A stretch of 36,591 nucleotides of DNA, taken from Octopus bimaculoides (lineage: Eukaryota). Positions 1 through 11,799 of this stretch are shown piece by piece. The notes under the pieces are model-generated. The model did no database searches. It was not told the DNA's origin and saw nothing but the letters and a program-made list of their open reading frames with translations. The stretch lies in the NCBI RefSeq assembly GCF_001194135.2, contig NC_068993.1, positions 27,219,966-27,256,556 on the forward strand, given 5' to 3'. The first letter of the stretch is position 1, and every line of letters starts with the position of its first letter. The position numbers and the translations under genes are program-made.

Positions 1-180
1 TCTTAAAAGTTTCAATGAGGACACCCTGCTTCACTGTCCAAAGGGAGGGGGGGGGGCAAATACAATTGTTGTTTTATATATTTGCTTTCTTGTTGGAATT
101 ATGGTGCCTTAATTCCTACTAATGGATTCGATGAGATGATAGCAGGAAAAATCTCTTGATTTTCATGACAGAGCAAACGC

Positions 181-335
181 ATGAGAATAACAACCATAAC
201 AACAACGGTAACAGCACACTTTTAACAACACAAGTAACAACGACATCAGCAGCAACAACAACAAAAGCGACTGCAGCAACGACAGTAGCAATAACAGCAG
301 CAACAACAACAAGAGCAACAAAAATAATAATGACG
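181..335. repeat. Degenerate (AAC/CAA/GCA)n trinucleotide low-complexity tract
   Basis: Runs such as aacaacaacaaaagcgactgcagcaacgacagtagcaataacagcagcaacaacaacaa; explains the Thr/Asn-rich and Val-rich ORFs 156..431 and 119..373. Confidence 0.8.
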
Positions 336-384
336 AAGACAAAGTGGTGGGGGATAATTATAGGAGTGAGCAATATTTTGATGG

Positions 385-1590
385 ATGACTGTAAGAAAGA
401 AAAGTCACCAGGGCTGCGTGGTCTACCCTAAGAGCAGTATTGTAATATGCTCTACTTGTTCGAAAACACTTGGCAAGAGGATGATTTTATGATTTTAACA
501 ACTCCAGGCCTGTAACTCTGCTAAATTCAGAGTTGAAAGTTTCAATCACTGTGTTAGCTAAGGTTTTCACTTTTTATAGTTACTCTGGTAGATGAAGCAG
601 AGGTAGGCGCCATACCAAACACATCTATCCACGACATCCTCCTCCTTATATGATGCATTATGGAAAAGGTAGGTAAAGAACCTAGCATAGGTGATGCCCT
701 GATCAATTTAGATCAGTCGAAAGCTTTCGGTAGGGTCGAACATCAATACTTGACGGCTGTTTTAGGCCTATCTTCAGAAGTTGGATCGCTGCAATGCACA
801 ATAACATGTGCTCGGCAGTCAGAGTAAATGGTAACCTTTGAGAAGTGGTGAGTACCATACGTTCGATCTGTCAATCGTGCTGTATCTCTCCACTTCTGTA
901 CGTTCCGACCCTTCAGCCACTATTGCAGAGGTTGGAAGTTTTGAGGGGCACTTCACGAGAACTAGGATGTAGATTATCAATGTTTTCATATGCTGACGAC
1001 ATTATCGCAGTATGTCGGTCGTCAAACACATCGAAATGTGCAGTACTCTAAAGGAATATAAGACAGTGATAGGAGTAAAAGTTAACCAGATCCGTCCTCC
1101 ACACGACATCACTCCACAAGTCAGCAATTCCCCAGCAAAGTACATGTACGTATAGGACGGTTTCGTCGTTCTGCATGCATCTCGGGTATGTCTGTAACGT
1201 TAATCGTGAACCGGAAACTCCCAGTAAGCACTACCAGTTCAAGATTTTCTGGAAGTTAACCAAAAGCCCCAGCCCGAAATTAATCCTGAAAAGACCAGCC
1301 AGATGATTTTCAGTGATGCGCACGGTTTCCTCGAGAACGTCGTCGCTCTTACCCGCCACTAGTTCTCTGTAGAACGTCATGGCGGACCATCTACCGAACA
1401 CATTGTCCGACTGTCACAGAACTGTGAGCGTCTAACGGCACTCTGGGTGTCAGGCACTCAGTTTCGTTCTACGCACTATCCAGGACTGCAGCTCAATCAA
1501 AAAGAAAAGCTACCTAAAAGCGCGCCTGACAAGCTGCAACTACACCTACTCCCTGTGAAAGAAACGCTGGAGATGTCGCACGACGCAGCT
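385..1590 (+). mobile_element. Degenerate L1/Tx1-clade non-LTR retrotransposon, RT domain and downstream region
   Basis: Stitched + frames give KSPGLRGLP, RPVTLLNSELK, VGAIPNTSIHDILLLI*CIMEKV..ALINLDQSKAFGRVEHQYL, SICQSCCISPLLYVPTLQPLL (decayed QGCPLSP) and YADD at ~990. Stops and frameshifts present; 3' extent beyond ~1100 is inferred. Confidence 0.85.
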
Positions 1591-2120
1591 NNNNNNNNNN
1601 NNNNNNNNNNNNNNNNNNNNNNNNNNNNNNNNNNNNNNNNNNNNNNNNNNNNNNNNNNNNNNNNNNNNNNNNNNNNNNNNNNNNNNNNNNNNNNNNNNNN
1701 NNNNNNNNNNNNNNNNNNNNNNNNNNNNNNNNNNNNNNNNNNNNNNNNNNNNNNNNNNNNNNNNNNNNNNNNNNNNNNNNNNNNNNNNNNNNNNNNNNNN
1801 NNNNNNNNNNNNNNNNNNNNNNNNNNNNNNNNNNNNNNNNNNNNNNNNNNNNNNNNNNNNNNNNNNNNNNNNNNNNNNNNNNNNNNNNNNNNNNNNNNNN
1901 NNNNNNNNNNNNNNNNNNNNNNNNNNNNNNNNNNNNNNNNNNNNNNNNNNNNNNNNNNNNNNNNNNNNNNNNNNNNNNNNNNNNNNNNNNNNNNNNNNNN
2001 NNNNNNNNNNNNNNNNNNNNNNNNNNNNNNNNNNNNNNNNNNNNNNNNNNNNNNNNCAAGTATAAACAAATTATTTCCAACAAAATTCAACAAACCTTTT
2101 GGAGGCGATGTAAACTTATG

Positions 2121-2145
2121 TAATAATAATAAAATTATTATTATT

Positions 2146-2206
<61 letters not shown>
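2121..2206. repeat. (TAA)n microsatellite with a short internal inverted (TTA)n stretch
   Basis: Directly visible. Confidence 0.95.
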
Positions 2207-2900
2207 GATAAAGCAGTTCTAATTGAAGTAAAATCTGGAAAGAAAAATCTAACAATAACATGGACAGATTATAAGAAAACCTATGATATGATCTCACACT
2301 CATGGATAACTGAATGTTTGAGTATATTCAGTATAGCAGACAACATAAGAGAATTAATTAGCTTTAGCATGAAGAAATAGAAAGTAGATGTCTACTCAGG
2401 TGACACAATCTTAGAGAAAGTTGATATCAAGAGAGGAATTCTCCAAGGAGATTCATACCCCGCTTAATATTTGTCTTATGTTTGATCCCTCTCAGTTTAG
2501 CATTAAGGAAGGCAAAGGCAGGGTATCAGTTCAGAAATAGTAATGGAAAAATTAACCATTTGCTCTACATGGATGATCTGAAGTTTTTTTTAGTGAGAAT
2601 GAAAAAGAGATAGATTCCATAATACAGACTGTAAGACTTTTCAGCAAAGATATAAGTATGGAATTTGGCATAAATAAATGTGCACTATTAGTTATGAAAA
2701 GGGGACAAGTAGTCAACAGTGAAGGCATCCAATTACCAGATGGCCAGACATTAAAATCATTGAAAGAAGGAGAGAGTTATTAGTATCTAGGGGTATTAGA
2801 ATCTGACAGAGTACTAATTATCAAAATGAAAATGAAAATTGAGAAGGAGTACATCAGAAGGGTGAGGAAGCTAATGAACTCAAAGCTAAATGGCTTAAAT
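2207..2900 (+). mobile_element. R4/Dong-clade (RLE-type) LINE, 5'-truncated RT fragment
   Basis: WTDYKKTYDMISHSWI, KRGILQGDS, PLIFVLCLIPLS, INHLLYMDDLK, FGINKCA, Y*YLGVLESD, EKEYIRRVRKLMNSKLNG. Confidence 0.85.
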
Positions 2901-2926
2901 CTAAGCATTTTGTCCAGCTCGCCACC
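2901..2926 (-). mobile_element. Internally deleted head fragment of the tRNA-derived SINE seen at 6345
   Basis: Reverse complement ggtggcgagctggacaaaatgcttag matches the two ends of the 6345 head (ggtgagctgg...gggcaaaatgtttag). Confidence 0.5.
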
Positions 2927-2941
2927 TTAATAATAATAATA

Positions 2942-3266
2942 GGATTAGAAAAATGTGCCAAAGCAACCCTGAAAAGAGGAAAACTAGTTAAGAGTAGCAA
3001 CATCACACTAGATAAAGCCAATGAAATAAGAGAATTAGACCAAAGCCAGACATACAAATATTTAGGAATCAATGAACTAGATAGGATCCAACACACACAA
3101 ATGAAAGAGAAAATAAAGAAAGAATACTATAGACGAGTTAGATCAATACTAAAAACAGAGCTCAATGCTAAAAACAAGATAATAGGTATTAACACTTTAG
3201 CCGTCCCAGTTTTAAGTTACAGCTACAATATCCTTAACTGGACACTAAACGAACTAACGAAAATAG
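2942..3266 (+). mobile_element. Second, distinct R4/Dong-clade LINE fragment (RT C-terminal part), running into a gap
   Basis: Open frame GLEKCAKATLKRGKLV...TYKYLGINE...KEYYRRVRSILKTELNAKNKIIGINTLAVPVLSYSYNILNW; overlaps the protein region of the upstream fragment, so it is a separate copy. Confidence 0.88.
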
Positions 3267-3976
3267 NNNNNNNNNNNNNNNNNNNNNNNNNNNNNNNNNN
3301 NNNNNNNNNNNNNNNNNNNNNNNNNNNNNNNNNNNNNNNNNNNNNNNNNNNNNNNNNNNNNNNNNNNNNNNNNNNNNNNNNNNNNNNNNNNNNNNNNNNN
3401 NNNNNNNNNNNNNNNNNNNNNNNNNNNNNNNNNNNNNNNNNNNNNNNNNNNNNNNNNNNNNNNNNNNNNNNNNNNNNNNNNNNNNNNNNNNNNNNNNNNN
3501 NNNNNNNNNNNNNNNNNNNNNNNNNNNNNNNNNNNNNNNNNNNNNNNNNNNNNNNNNNNNNNNNNNNNNNNNNNNNNNNNNNNNNNNNNNNNNNNNNNNN
3601 NNNNNNNNNNNNNNNNNNNNNNNNNNNNNNNNNNNNNNNNNNNNNNNNNNNNNNNNNNNNNNNNNNNNNNNNNNNNNNNNNNNNNNNNNNNNNNNNNNNN
3701 NNNNNNNNNNNNNNNNNNNNNNNNNNNNNNNNNNNNNNNNNNNNNNNNNNNNNNNNNNNNNNNNNNNNNNNNNNNNNNNNNNNNNNNNNNNNNNNNNNNN
3801 NNNNNNNNNNNNNNNNNNNNNNNNNNNNNNNNNNNNNNNNNNNNNNNNNNNNNNNNNNNNNNNNNNNNNNNNNNNNNNNNNNNNNNNNNNNNNNNNNNNN
3901 NNNNNNNNNNNNNNNNNNNNNNNNNNNNNNNNNNNNNNNNNNNNNNNNNNNNNNNNNNNNNNNNNNNNNNNNNNNN

Positions 3977-4141
3977 TTAGGGTTTTAGGGTTAGGGTTCC
4001 GGTTTTAGAGTTAAAGTTAGTTTTAGGGTTACGGTTAGGGTTATGATTATTTTTGCCATAACCTCACTCATAACCCTAACCCTAACCCTAAAACTCATAA
4101 CCATAACCCTAACCCTAACTCTAAAACCCGAACCCTAACCC
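3977..4141. repeat. Degenerate telomere-like inverted repeat: (TTAGGG)n arm, 21-nt spacer, (CCCTAA)n arm
   Basis: 3977-4046 reverse-complements 4068-4141, including variant units (ggttccggttttagagtt vs aactctaaaacccgaacc). Confidence 0.9.
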
Positions 4142-4274
4142 AAACGCACGAACGATGTTATAAATAACAGTACCACCGATAGTTGTTGTTGACAAACAAC
4201 GGCACTAATTTTATTCAAGGGAAAAGATCCCATAACACCGTTAGAATATGTTGTTTATATTCTACGGCACTAAC

Positions 4275-4415
4275 TGTATTCAGCTGAATAGACATCAGTG
4301 ATTGGTTGAAATTACCGAAATATGACAACTTTTTACATGAAATAACTTCGAATACAAAAATTTTTTCTCTGTTCTATAACACAAAATATACAAGTATACG
4401 AAGTTTGAAAGTGTT
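4275..4415 (-). repeat. Unclassified dispersed repeat, copy A (homologous to 18365-18512 in opposite orientation)
   Basis: Reverse complement shares aaacttcgtatact, gaagtt.tttc.tgt.aaagttgtc.tattt.ggtaattt.aaccaatca and tattcagctgaa with copy B. Confidence 0.75.
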
Positions 4416-4630
4416 TCGGTGCCAAAAACACTACATAAAGCATAAATGAAAAATGTTGCCTGTCAAACCAAAAAGATCCGAGTACTTCATCAAAGTATGG
4501 CTTATAAGTTGAATGTGTGTAAAATTTTGCTTACAAATGAGGGATTCCTCATTTACAGCCAACTCTAGAGTATTTAGTTTGAGATCTCATTATTTAGAAT
4601 TTATCTTTCAAGTAATAAAATAGGCTAAGC

Positions 4631-4681
4631 ATATATATATATATATATATATATCTACTCGTGTGTTCCTCTTCAACCTTT

Positions 4682-4713
<32 letters not shown>
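4631..4713. repeat. Two (AT)n microsatellites
   Basis: Directly visible. Confidence 0.95.
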
Positions 4714-4716
<3 letters not shown>

Positions 4717-5863
4717 CATATACTATAATATATTGTGGGTAAATCAATCTTTGGAGATGCAAGGCCATAAGCTTATGTCAATTTCTATGAGGCTATGTGA
4801 CACTGAGTACTTTTCTCAGTGACATTAATACTGTTTTTAAAATAAAATGGCTTCAACTGAGAAACAAAATCAGATGATTACATTGACTTTGTAATAGCTT
4901 ATTTCATAAAGAAGGGAAAATGTTACAACTTTCATGCTTTTCCCAAATGTTATTAAAGGCATCTGTGAAAATGAAAAAGAAATGAAACTAACAAATACAA
5001 AGATTTGTTAATAGACAAACAAGCTCATATAAATGAGGGTCAGAGAATGTTATATGCTTTTCAGCATATAACATTTTAGTTCAGATTGCAGACATCTGTC
5101 TTCTATTTCTTTAGATAAATATTTACCAATGATATTTTGTATTCAAAGCAGTTATTAAAACCATTCATTAAATAAACGTTTTAAACTGCTAATTGATTGA
5201 CTACTACTGTTAAAACATTATTTGGTGATTTTCATTCTTTAGTGAGCAACTGTCATTTTAAATTAAGATATCCAGTGGTCTTTATCTACTCATTCAGTGG
5301 TCTTTATCTACTCTTAAACACTGTGTTAAGTCCTTTCATAATTAAAGGATTTAACTCATAGATTACACAGTCTACTTAGATGTAAATAAGTTCCACATTC
5401 TAGGACATATACTTGCAAAAACAATGGTAGTATTGTTCAGTTAGCTTGATAGAAATGATACATAACTTATAGAACTGTTTTTCAGGTTTTCTATGTTCTT
5501 AGTTTAATCTCACTGTAGCTAACTTTTCCCACCATCTGCCAGTTTTGACAAAATTAACTGCCTGACAGGAAATGAGGTGGGTGGGGAAATTCTACTAACT
5601 ATATAACTTCCTCACAAATTTGTGGATTTGTGTCAAAAAGAAAACACTATAATATATTTTACATAATCATTTGTTCCTGAAACTACTCAATTCAACTGCA
5701 ATTAATTCTATTTATTTGATGTTTAAAATGGTCTGAAATTTCATATTAGTTCTTTCTCCTGCTACTAAGCAATATTACCTCCCAGAAAGCACATTCCTTA
5801 TTGCAGTCTGAAATTTATTTTCACTAACTCATCATTTATCAAATATTTAATTTCCTCTTTCCC

Positions 5864-5869
5864 ATATAT

Positions 5870-5918
<49 letters not shown>

Positions 5919-5985
5919 AATGTCGCACACATACACACACATATACCTCTGTGTGTGTGTGTGTCTGTCTCTCTCTCTCGCTCTC
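5864..5985. repeat. Compound (AT)n/(AC)n/(GT)n/(CT)n microsatellite
   Basis: Directly visible; source of the YIYIYI ORFs. Confidence 0.95.
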
Positions 5986-6344
5986 GCTGCTTCCATAATT
6001 CTGTTTTTGTATTATTTTTTTTCCAAAGCTGTTCATAGGCAAGAAAGGCAAATGAGATAATGCCCATAGTAAATTAAATTGCAATTTGTAAAAATGAAAA
6101 TACAATTTTTAACAAGTTTCAGGCACTTAAATGTAAGTTTTAATTAGAAGTTAGAATTGTAGCGCAGGAAAGAATGAAAAAAATAGAATACCAAATGTTT
6201 TCAACTGAGTTTTGGTATACCCTTCTATTGCAATATAAAGTTTTTTTGATATGGTATATTAGTATAATGTCCTAGAAAATTGTGATATTATGTTCTCATC
6301 AATTAAGTAATGATTTTTTGCATAATATTCTAATGAATTATAAG

Positions 6345-6460
6345 TTGGTGAGCTGGTAGAATCATTAGCATGCTGGGCAAAATGTTTAGCAGTGTATCGT
6401 CCATCTTTACATTCTGAATTCAAATTCAACTAAGGTTGACTTTGCTTTTCATCTATTCAA
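6345..6460 (+). mobile_element. tRNA-derived SINE head
   Basis: ggtgagctggtagaatcattagc (A-box-like) ... ctgaattcaaattc (B-box-like) followed by gttgactttgcttttcatc; resembles an abundant octopus SINE. Confidence 0.7.
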
Positions 6461-6489
6461 CTATTTTAGCTATAGATCACAGACTACTA

Positions 6490-8157
6490 CAAGACCATAT
6501 GGTGTGATGCTAGCAACATAGCAATAGGGGTTGTCCTAGAAATCGGAGATGTCAAAGGGGAGGATGCAGACTGGCTCAGAAAAGCAGATGATTACAACCA
6601 CATCAACATAGCTGAATTGGGGACACTGTGCTGAAGGGTATTGGCTCCAAAATGGAGGCTGCATACTATCAAAATTCAAACTGATTCAGTTGCTATGCTT
6701 GGATGGATGGGATCAGTGATCACTGATGAAAAAAGGATTTGAACAAAAGGAGCAGTAGAGATGTTAGTAAAACATCGCCTAAGTATTTTGGGAGAGCTAA
6801 CTGCTGAATTTGGTTTGAAGCTGAGTATCGTCTTTGTACCCTCAGAAAGGAATAAGGCAGACACTCTAACCATGGTGAAAGAGGCCTTGCTGGTGGTACT
6901 GAAAGATTCAGAGCTGGGGATAGCTGCAGTGTGTCGGTTAGGAGACTCAGAACTAAGGAGACTGAACACCATGCATCATATGGGTATGGATAGAACCCTG
7001 TATCCTGCCTGGAAAGTTGACTCTGAAGTTACTAGGCAGAGCAAGCAGAGCATTTAAAAAGTGGTTGGGAGCTGTGACAGGTATCAATCCATCAACCCTG
7101 CTCTGGGTGTGCACAAGTCAAGAAACATCTCAGTAGAACACAATTGGAAATGATTGGCAGTGGATGTGACACACTACCAATAGAGGACATATCTCTTGAT
7201 GGTTGGCTGTGGATCAGGTCGGATGGCAATATGGAGGGAAATTAAGATGGGCACTGCAGATGAGGCTGCACGATTCCTGAACAAGATATTCCTGGAGTGG
7301 GGCCCTGTGGACAAATTGTTGATGGACAATGGCACTGCATTTCATTTGGAGGTGCTGAAGAAGATGCTTCATAAGTGGAATGTGCACTGCTTCTTCAGAG
7401 CAACATACAGGCCAAGTGGAAATGGGATTGTGGAAAGACACCATCACATGATCAAGACCATGGCAAAGAGGGGATGCATCTCCATCACTAGAGGTGGTAT
7501 TTTGGTACAAAATATCACTCTGATCAGGAAAGGCCAAGGAGTCAGTGCCACACACAGCCATATTTAGGTATGAATGGTGGCACCTATCACAGTGCCCTGC
7601 AGGAGAGAAAGAACCTGCCTTTGTGCAGGTAGGAGGTGAATTCTGGGTCAAGCCTACAAAGGCACACTGCACATCTCAGTGGAATAAGGAGACAATGTTG
7701 ATTGTTAATTCCAAAACTAATGTCTCTGTAGATGGAATGTTGCATCATGTCTTGGATGTTCACAGAATTGTTGTTTCATCAGACAATGAAGGTGGAGGAG
7801 AGGAAGTGAGTGGAGCACCATCTTTGCAGAGATCACAGTAAGTAGACATCTGCCTAGGTGGATGGCCGATTTCAACATGGAGTGGAGTGAAGAGGTGATC
7901 TTTGAGATCAGGGGTGCATGTGTGTGGATGAGGTGAACTGGGAGTAAAGGTATCAGTAATTTCAACAGCTGAAGGGCCCTACTGGAAGAGCAGGAGTGAG
8001 GGAGGTCATGTGGGTAGAAGTATGACCAACATAGGCCTCTTTGCTTCAGGGTGATTGAGGCAGATGGACATGTGTGAATGCACAAGCTAAAGAGGAAAAT
8101 TTGCTGGTTGGTTCTGACTGGGTGGGTTGGAGCCTGGTGCAGCTATGTTGTAAAACA
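6490..8157 (+). mobile_element. Ty3/Gypsy-like LTR retrotransposon relic: RNase H, integrase, PPT and 3' LTR
   Basis: WCDASNIAIGVVLEI..HINIAEL (RNase H), VPSERNKADTLT, HHMGMDRTLY (HHCC), LAVDVTHY, DNGTAF, YRPSGNGIVERHH; PPT-like gatcaggggtgca, then LTR tgtgtg...aaaaca (7919-8157). Confidence 0.88.
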
Positions 8158-8159
8158 GG

Positions 8160-10300
8160 AATAGAATTGTGATATAATGTTCAGAATTGAGGTACAATAT
8201 TCTAAAGAGTTCTAGTATAATGTTCAACTGAAATATGTTTTAATGTTCAATCAAATTAAGGTGTAATGCAGTGGTAAATTGCAGTGTAGTGTTAAACATA
8301 ATTGTTGATTAATGCTTTGTGACAATTTTCTACTGAAATTTGGAATAATTTTCTACTGAACTGTGGTAGAATGTTAAATAAGATTCTGATGTAAATTTTT
8401 AATGTATTGTAGTAAATAGTTCTTCTAAATTGTGGGATAAAGTTACCAAGAATTGTGCTATAAAATTCTATAGCACTGTGTTATGATTTTTTACTGAATT
8501 GTACTAAACATATCGCTGAATTGTAAAATATTTAACTAAACTGCAGAATAAAGTTTTACTGAATTGCAGTACATTGTGCTGCAGTTCAGTGGAACTGTGA
8601 TATCATATTGAACAGAATTGGTTATAGTATAGTCATTTTATGAGTTTTGTTATCATGTTAAATAAAATTATAGCATAATGTCTGATGAAATGCAGTATAA
8701 TAATTGAAGTATAGTGTTAAAAGTATTTGTGGTCACTAATATGGTACAATTTTCTAATGAATCGTGGCGTAATGTGTTATAGAATTGTGATGTATATTTC
8801 TGCTGAATCATGAAATGATTTTCTACTGAATTATGGCATCATTTTGTTCTGAATTCTTGTATAATTTTGTGTTAAAGTTCAACTGAATAGCAGTAGAGTG
8901 TTCTGGTGATATGGGGATATAATGTTAAACAGAATTGTGGTATAAGTTTCAACCAAAAATTTTGCTGTTATCTTACTCTATGGAGTCTGGTAGATTTTTC
9001 TACCGATTTATCATATGGCAATGTGATATAGTGTTCCATTATCCATGTCCTCTCTTATGCTCACCTTCTTGTTCCTTGAGAGTTTGTTCTAGCACCCCGT
9101 CACTACCTTCCTCTTATCTCCTTCAATCATATATCTAATCTATAGCAAGACACCTCCACCTTCTCCTCCCAAATACTTCCTCTTAGTAGAGCTTATTCTT
9201 TTTCTTTTTTCTCTGTTCTTTTCTATCTTGCAAGTTACATAGTAACATCACTATGGCACAATATTCAACTCAGTGGTGCAATGATATTCAAACGTTTTGA
9301 ATGTGGTATAAATTTCTGTTGAACTGTGTTATAATAATATATAATATTAATAAAAAAAAGATATTCTATTCAACTGTGGTATAATGTTTTTACTGAATTC
9401 TTGGGTAATATTATACTGAATTATGACATATTGTACCACTTAATTTTGATGAAATATGCAACTATTTTGTGTTTTGCTGGCTTATGGTATAAACAGAATA
9501 AATGTGGTATACTATTCCAAGAAATTGTTGTATAATTTTTGGACAGTACTTTATATAATTTTAGGATAATATCAAACAGAAATGTGGTCCAATATTCTGT
9601 ATCATTGTGAGCAAAATTCTGTATCATGTTAAACAAAATTATAGTATACTACTCTGCTGATTTGTGGTATCATATTCAATGGAAATGTTATATCATTTTC
9701 TATTGATTTATGGTTTCACTTAATTGTATAATGTTCTAAAGAATAGTCAGTCATAAATGGTTCAAAGGTAATGGCTATAATATTCAAATGAATTATTGTT
9801 CAAATGTATTGTGGTATAACATTCAAGTGAATTGTGGTGTAAAGTTCACATCAATTGTGATAGAACATCCTATTAAACTGTCATATAATGTGCCATTGAA
9901 TTGTAATATATTTAAGAGAATTGTGATTTACTTATCTACTGAGTTGTGGCATAATGTTTTACATAATTCTGGTATAGTATTCTACTGAATTTTGGTATAA
10001 TGTTTGAATGAATTATGCTATAATGTTCTACTGAATTGTAATATAATGTTCTACTGAATTCTAGTGTGATATTATATTGAATAGTAAGATTAACTTAATA
10101 GTCTAGTAATCTGCAGTATTATGTTAAGATAGAATTTTAGTGTATGTTTCTACTTTGTGATATGTTTAAAAAAATTTTGGTATAATATTCTACTCAACTG
10201 TGGTATATATTTCAAATGAACTGTGGTACAATATTCCACTAAAATATGAATGATGTTCCACTAAATTGTGGTATAATATCTAATTGAACTGTGGTATGAA
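8160..10300. repeat. Degenerate ~23-bp satellite, consensus about TAATGTTCTACTGAATTGTGGTA, interrupted by a pyrimidine-rich tract at ~9050-9250
   Basis: Adjacent 23-nt units, e.g. taatgttctactgaattgtaata|taatgttctactgaattctagtg at 10021 and ttttctactgaaatttggaataa|ttttctactgaactgtggtagaa near 8324; tgtggtata and actgaatt recur throughout. Confidence 0.75.
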
Positions 10301-10496
10301 AAGAGAAGTTTCAACCTTAATATGTTGTGGTTAAATAGTTAGGAAAGAATACAGTAACAACATTCACAGTAAAACATATATGATTGATCCTGAAACTTTC
10401 ACCATAGCTATGAGCAAAGTGCATCATGGGAAGGCACCTGGAAGTGACTAAAAGTTGCATTCTGATAAAAGAAGCTGACATTTTACAGAAAACCAC

Positions 10497-10815
10497 TATC
10501 GTTATCATCATCGTTTAACATCCACCCTCCATGCTGGCATGGGTGTGACAGTTTGATAGGAACTGGCCTGGCAGAAGCCTGTGCCACCAGAACTCTGTGT
10601 CTGTTTTGGCAGGGTTTTTATGGCTGGATGTGCTTCCTGACACCAACCACTCAGCAGAGTGAACTGAATGCTTTGTACATGGGACAAGCACAGGCAAGAT
10701 CAGTTTTGGCAAGGTTTTTACAGCTGGATGCCCTTCCAAACACTAACCACTTTACAGTGTGGACTGGATACTTTTTAAGTGGTACCTGCACAGGTAGGAT
10801 CACCAAGTAACTTGC
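10497..10815 (-). mobile_element. SINE-like element with RTE-type (ATG)n tail and duplicated GCTGGATGCCCTTCC core
   Basis: catcatcgtttaacatcc...ccatgctggcatggg matches the RTE 3' end at 26983-27060; core present twice. Confidence 0.8.
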
Positions 10816-11084
10816 AAGACAAAAAAAAAAAAAATTCAAAAAGACTACGGAAGGCCAGGTTGTTATACCATATTGGCATGTTGTAGCATGGACAAATCTA
10901 GTATAGGCCCTTGCATACATTACATATAATTTTTACACAAGTTGTTTCAACCAATTACAGTTGGATCTTTGTGAGTACAACAGCATAGTGACCAAAGTGC
11001 AGGCAGGTGAAAAGAAGGATGTGCCAAACAATTTTGGAAAAACAAATCTGTACTCTCCAAAGTATGAAAACTCTACAGAAACCT

Positions 11085-11500
11085 TGGTTGACTATAGGAA
11101 AACATCCGACTCTATTTTCTACTCATGACTACTAATGTCTCTACACATGGCAAAAGTACCTGATATTTTAGAGGCTCATAAAGACCTGGTCAACAATCCA
11201 CACACTTATAACTGACAACGGAACTATCATCTCTGATGTTATAAATACGTCAAAGGGATTATTTCAAGGAAGTAGTCTTTCTGTAATTCCATTTATTTTG
11301 GCATTAAATTCACCATCATTTCAGCTACAAAAATCTAATGGCTACATGCTAGGGTTTGTGGATAATCTGAAATTCTATGATAAAAAATATTCACAATGCC
11401 AAAAGATAACTGGAGCTATTTATAACATTTTCAGCTGACATAGGAATGGAATTTAGCCAAAAGAAGTGTTTGCATTAAATTGCTGAATGTGGAAAATCAT
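11085..11500 (+). mobile_element. Highly decayed R4/Dong-clade RT fragment
   Basis: DYRKTSDSIFYS, GTIISDVINTSKGLFQGSSLSVIPFILALN, FVDNLKFY. Confidence 0.7.
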
Positions 11501-11799
11501 TCCTCCAAATCCCAAACCTGTGAATCAACAGTCTCATTGTTGATGCACTGGTCACATCTCGCTGTTTTAATTATGCAGATAACAGCATGCTTCTATATCC
11601 GTTTTCTTAATGTTTCTCCACTAACGCAGAGAAACATTTAAAAAAGCAGAAAAATGAAAGAATTGTTTATATTGACAAAGGAAATCCCTGTTTTTATGCA
11701 ACCATACTGCCACCTACTGGAAATGTAAAAGTGGCACAAAAAATAACCCAAAAGTTAAAGGCTATACAAGATGACAATACTATTCTTATATATGTATAA

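Noticed and set aside
748-781. Hammerhead-like motif on minus strand (ACUU-CUGAAGA-uaggccu-aAAAC-agcc-GUC-AAGU)
   Set aside because: It is the antisense of L1-Tx1 RT codons (YLTAVL..IFRSWI), lacks G12 and has no stem II loop; treated as a chance match and as a control for the false-positive rate.
1447-3988. Long ORFs in the track spanning X runs (also at 12546-13745, 27057-27757, 29101-29769, 30677-30996)
   Set aside because: Lengths are artefacts of N gaps being read through.
5273-5314. 22-bp-period tandem duplication (cagtggtctttatctactc x2); a similar ~28-bp duplication at 36043-36098
   Set aside because: Ordinary local slippage duplications or assembly overlaps with no further structure.
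6345-6430. tRNA gene
   Set aside because: A- and B-box-like motifs are present but there is no complete cloverleaf, and it continues into SINE body sequence.
8160-10300. CRISPR-like array
   Set aside because: Eukaryotic context; units are contiguous and degenerate with no unique spacers and no cas genes.
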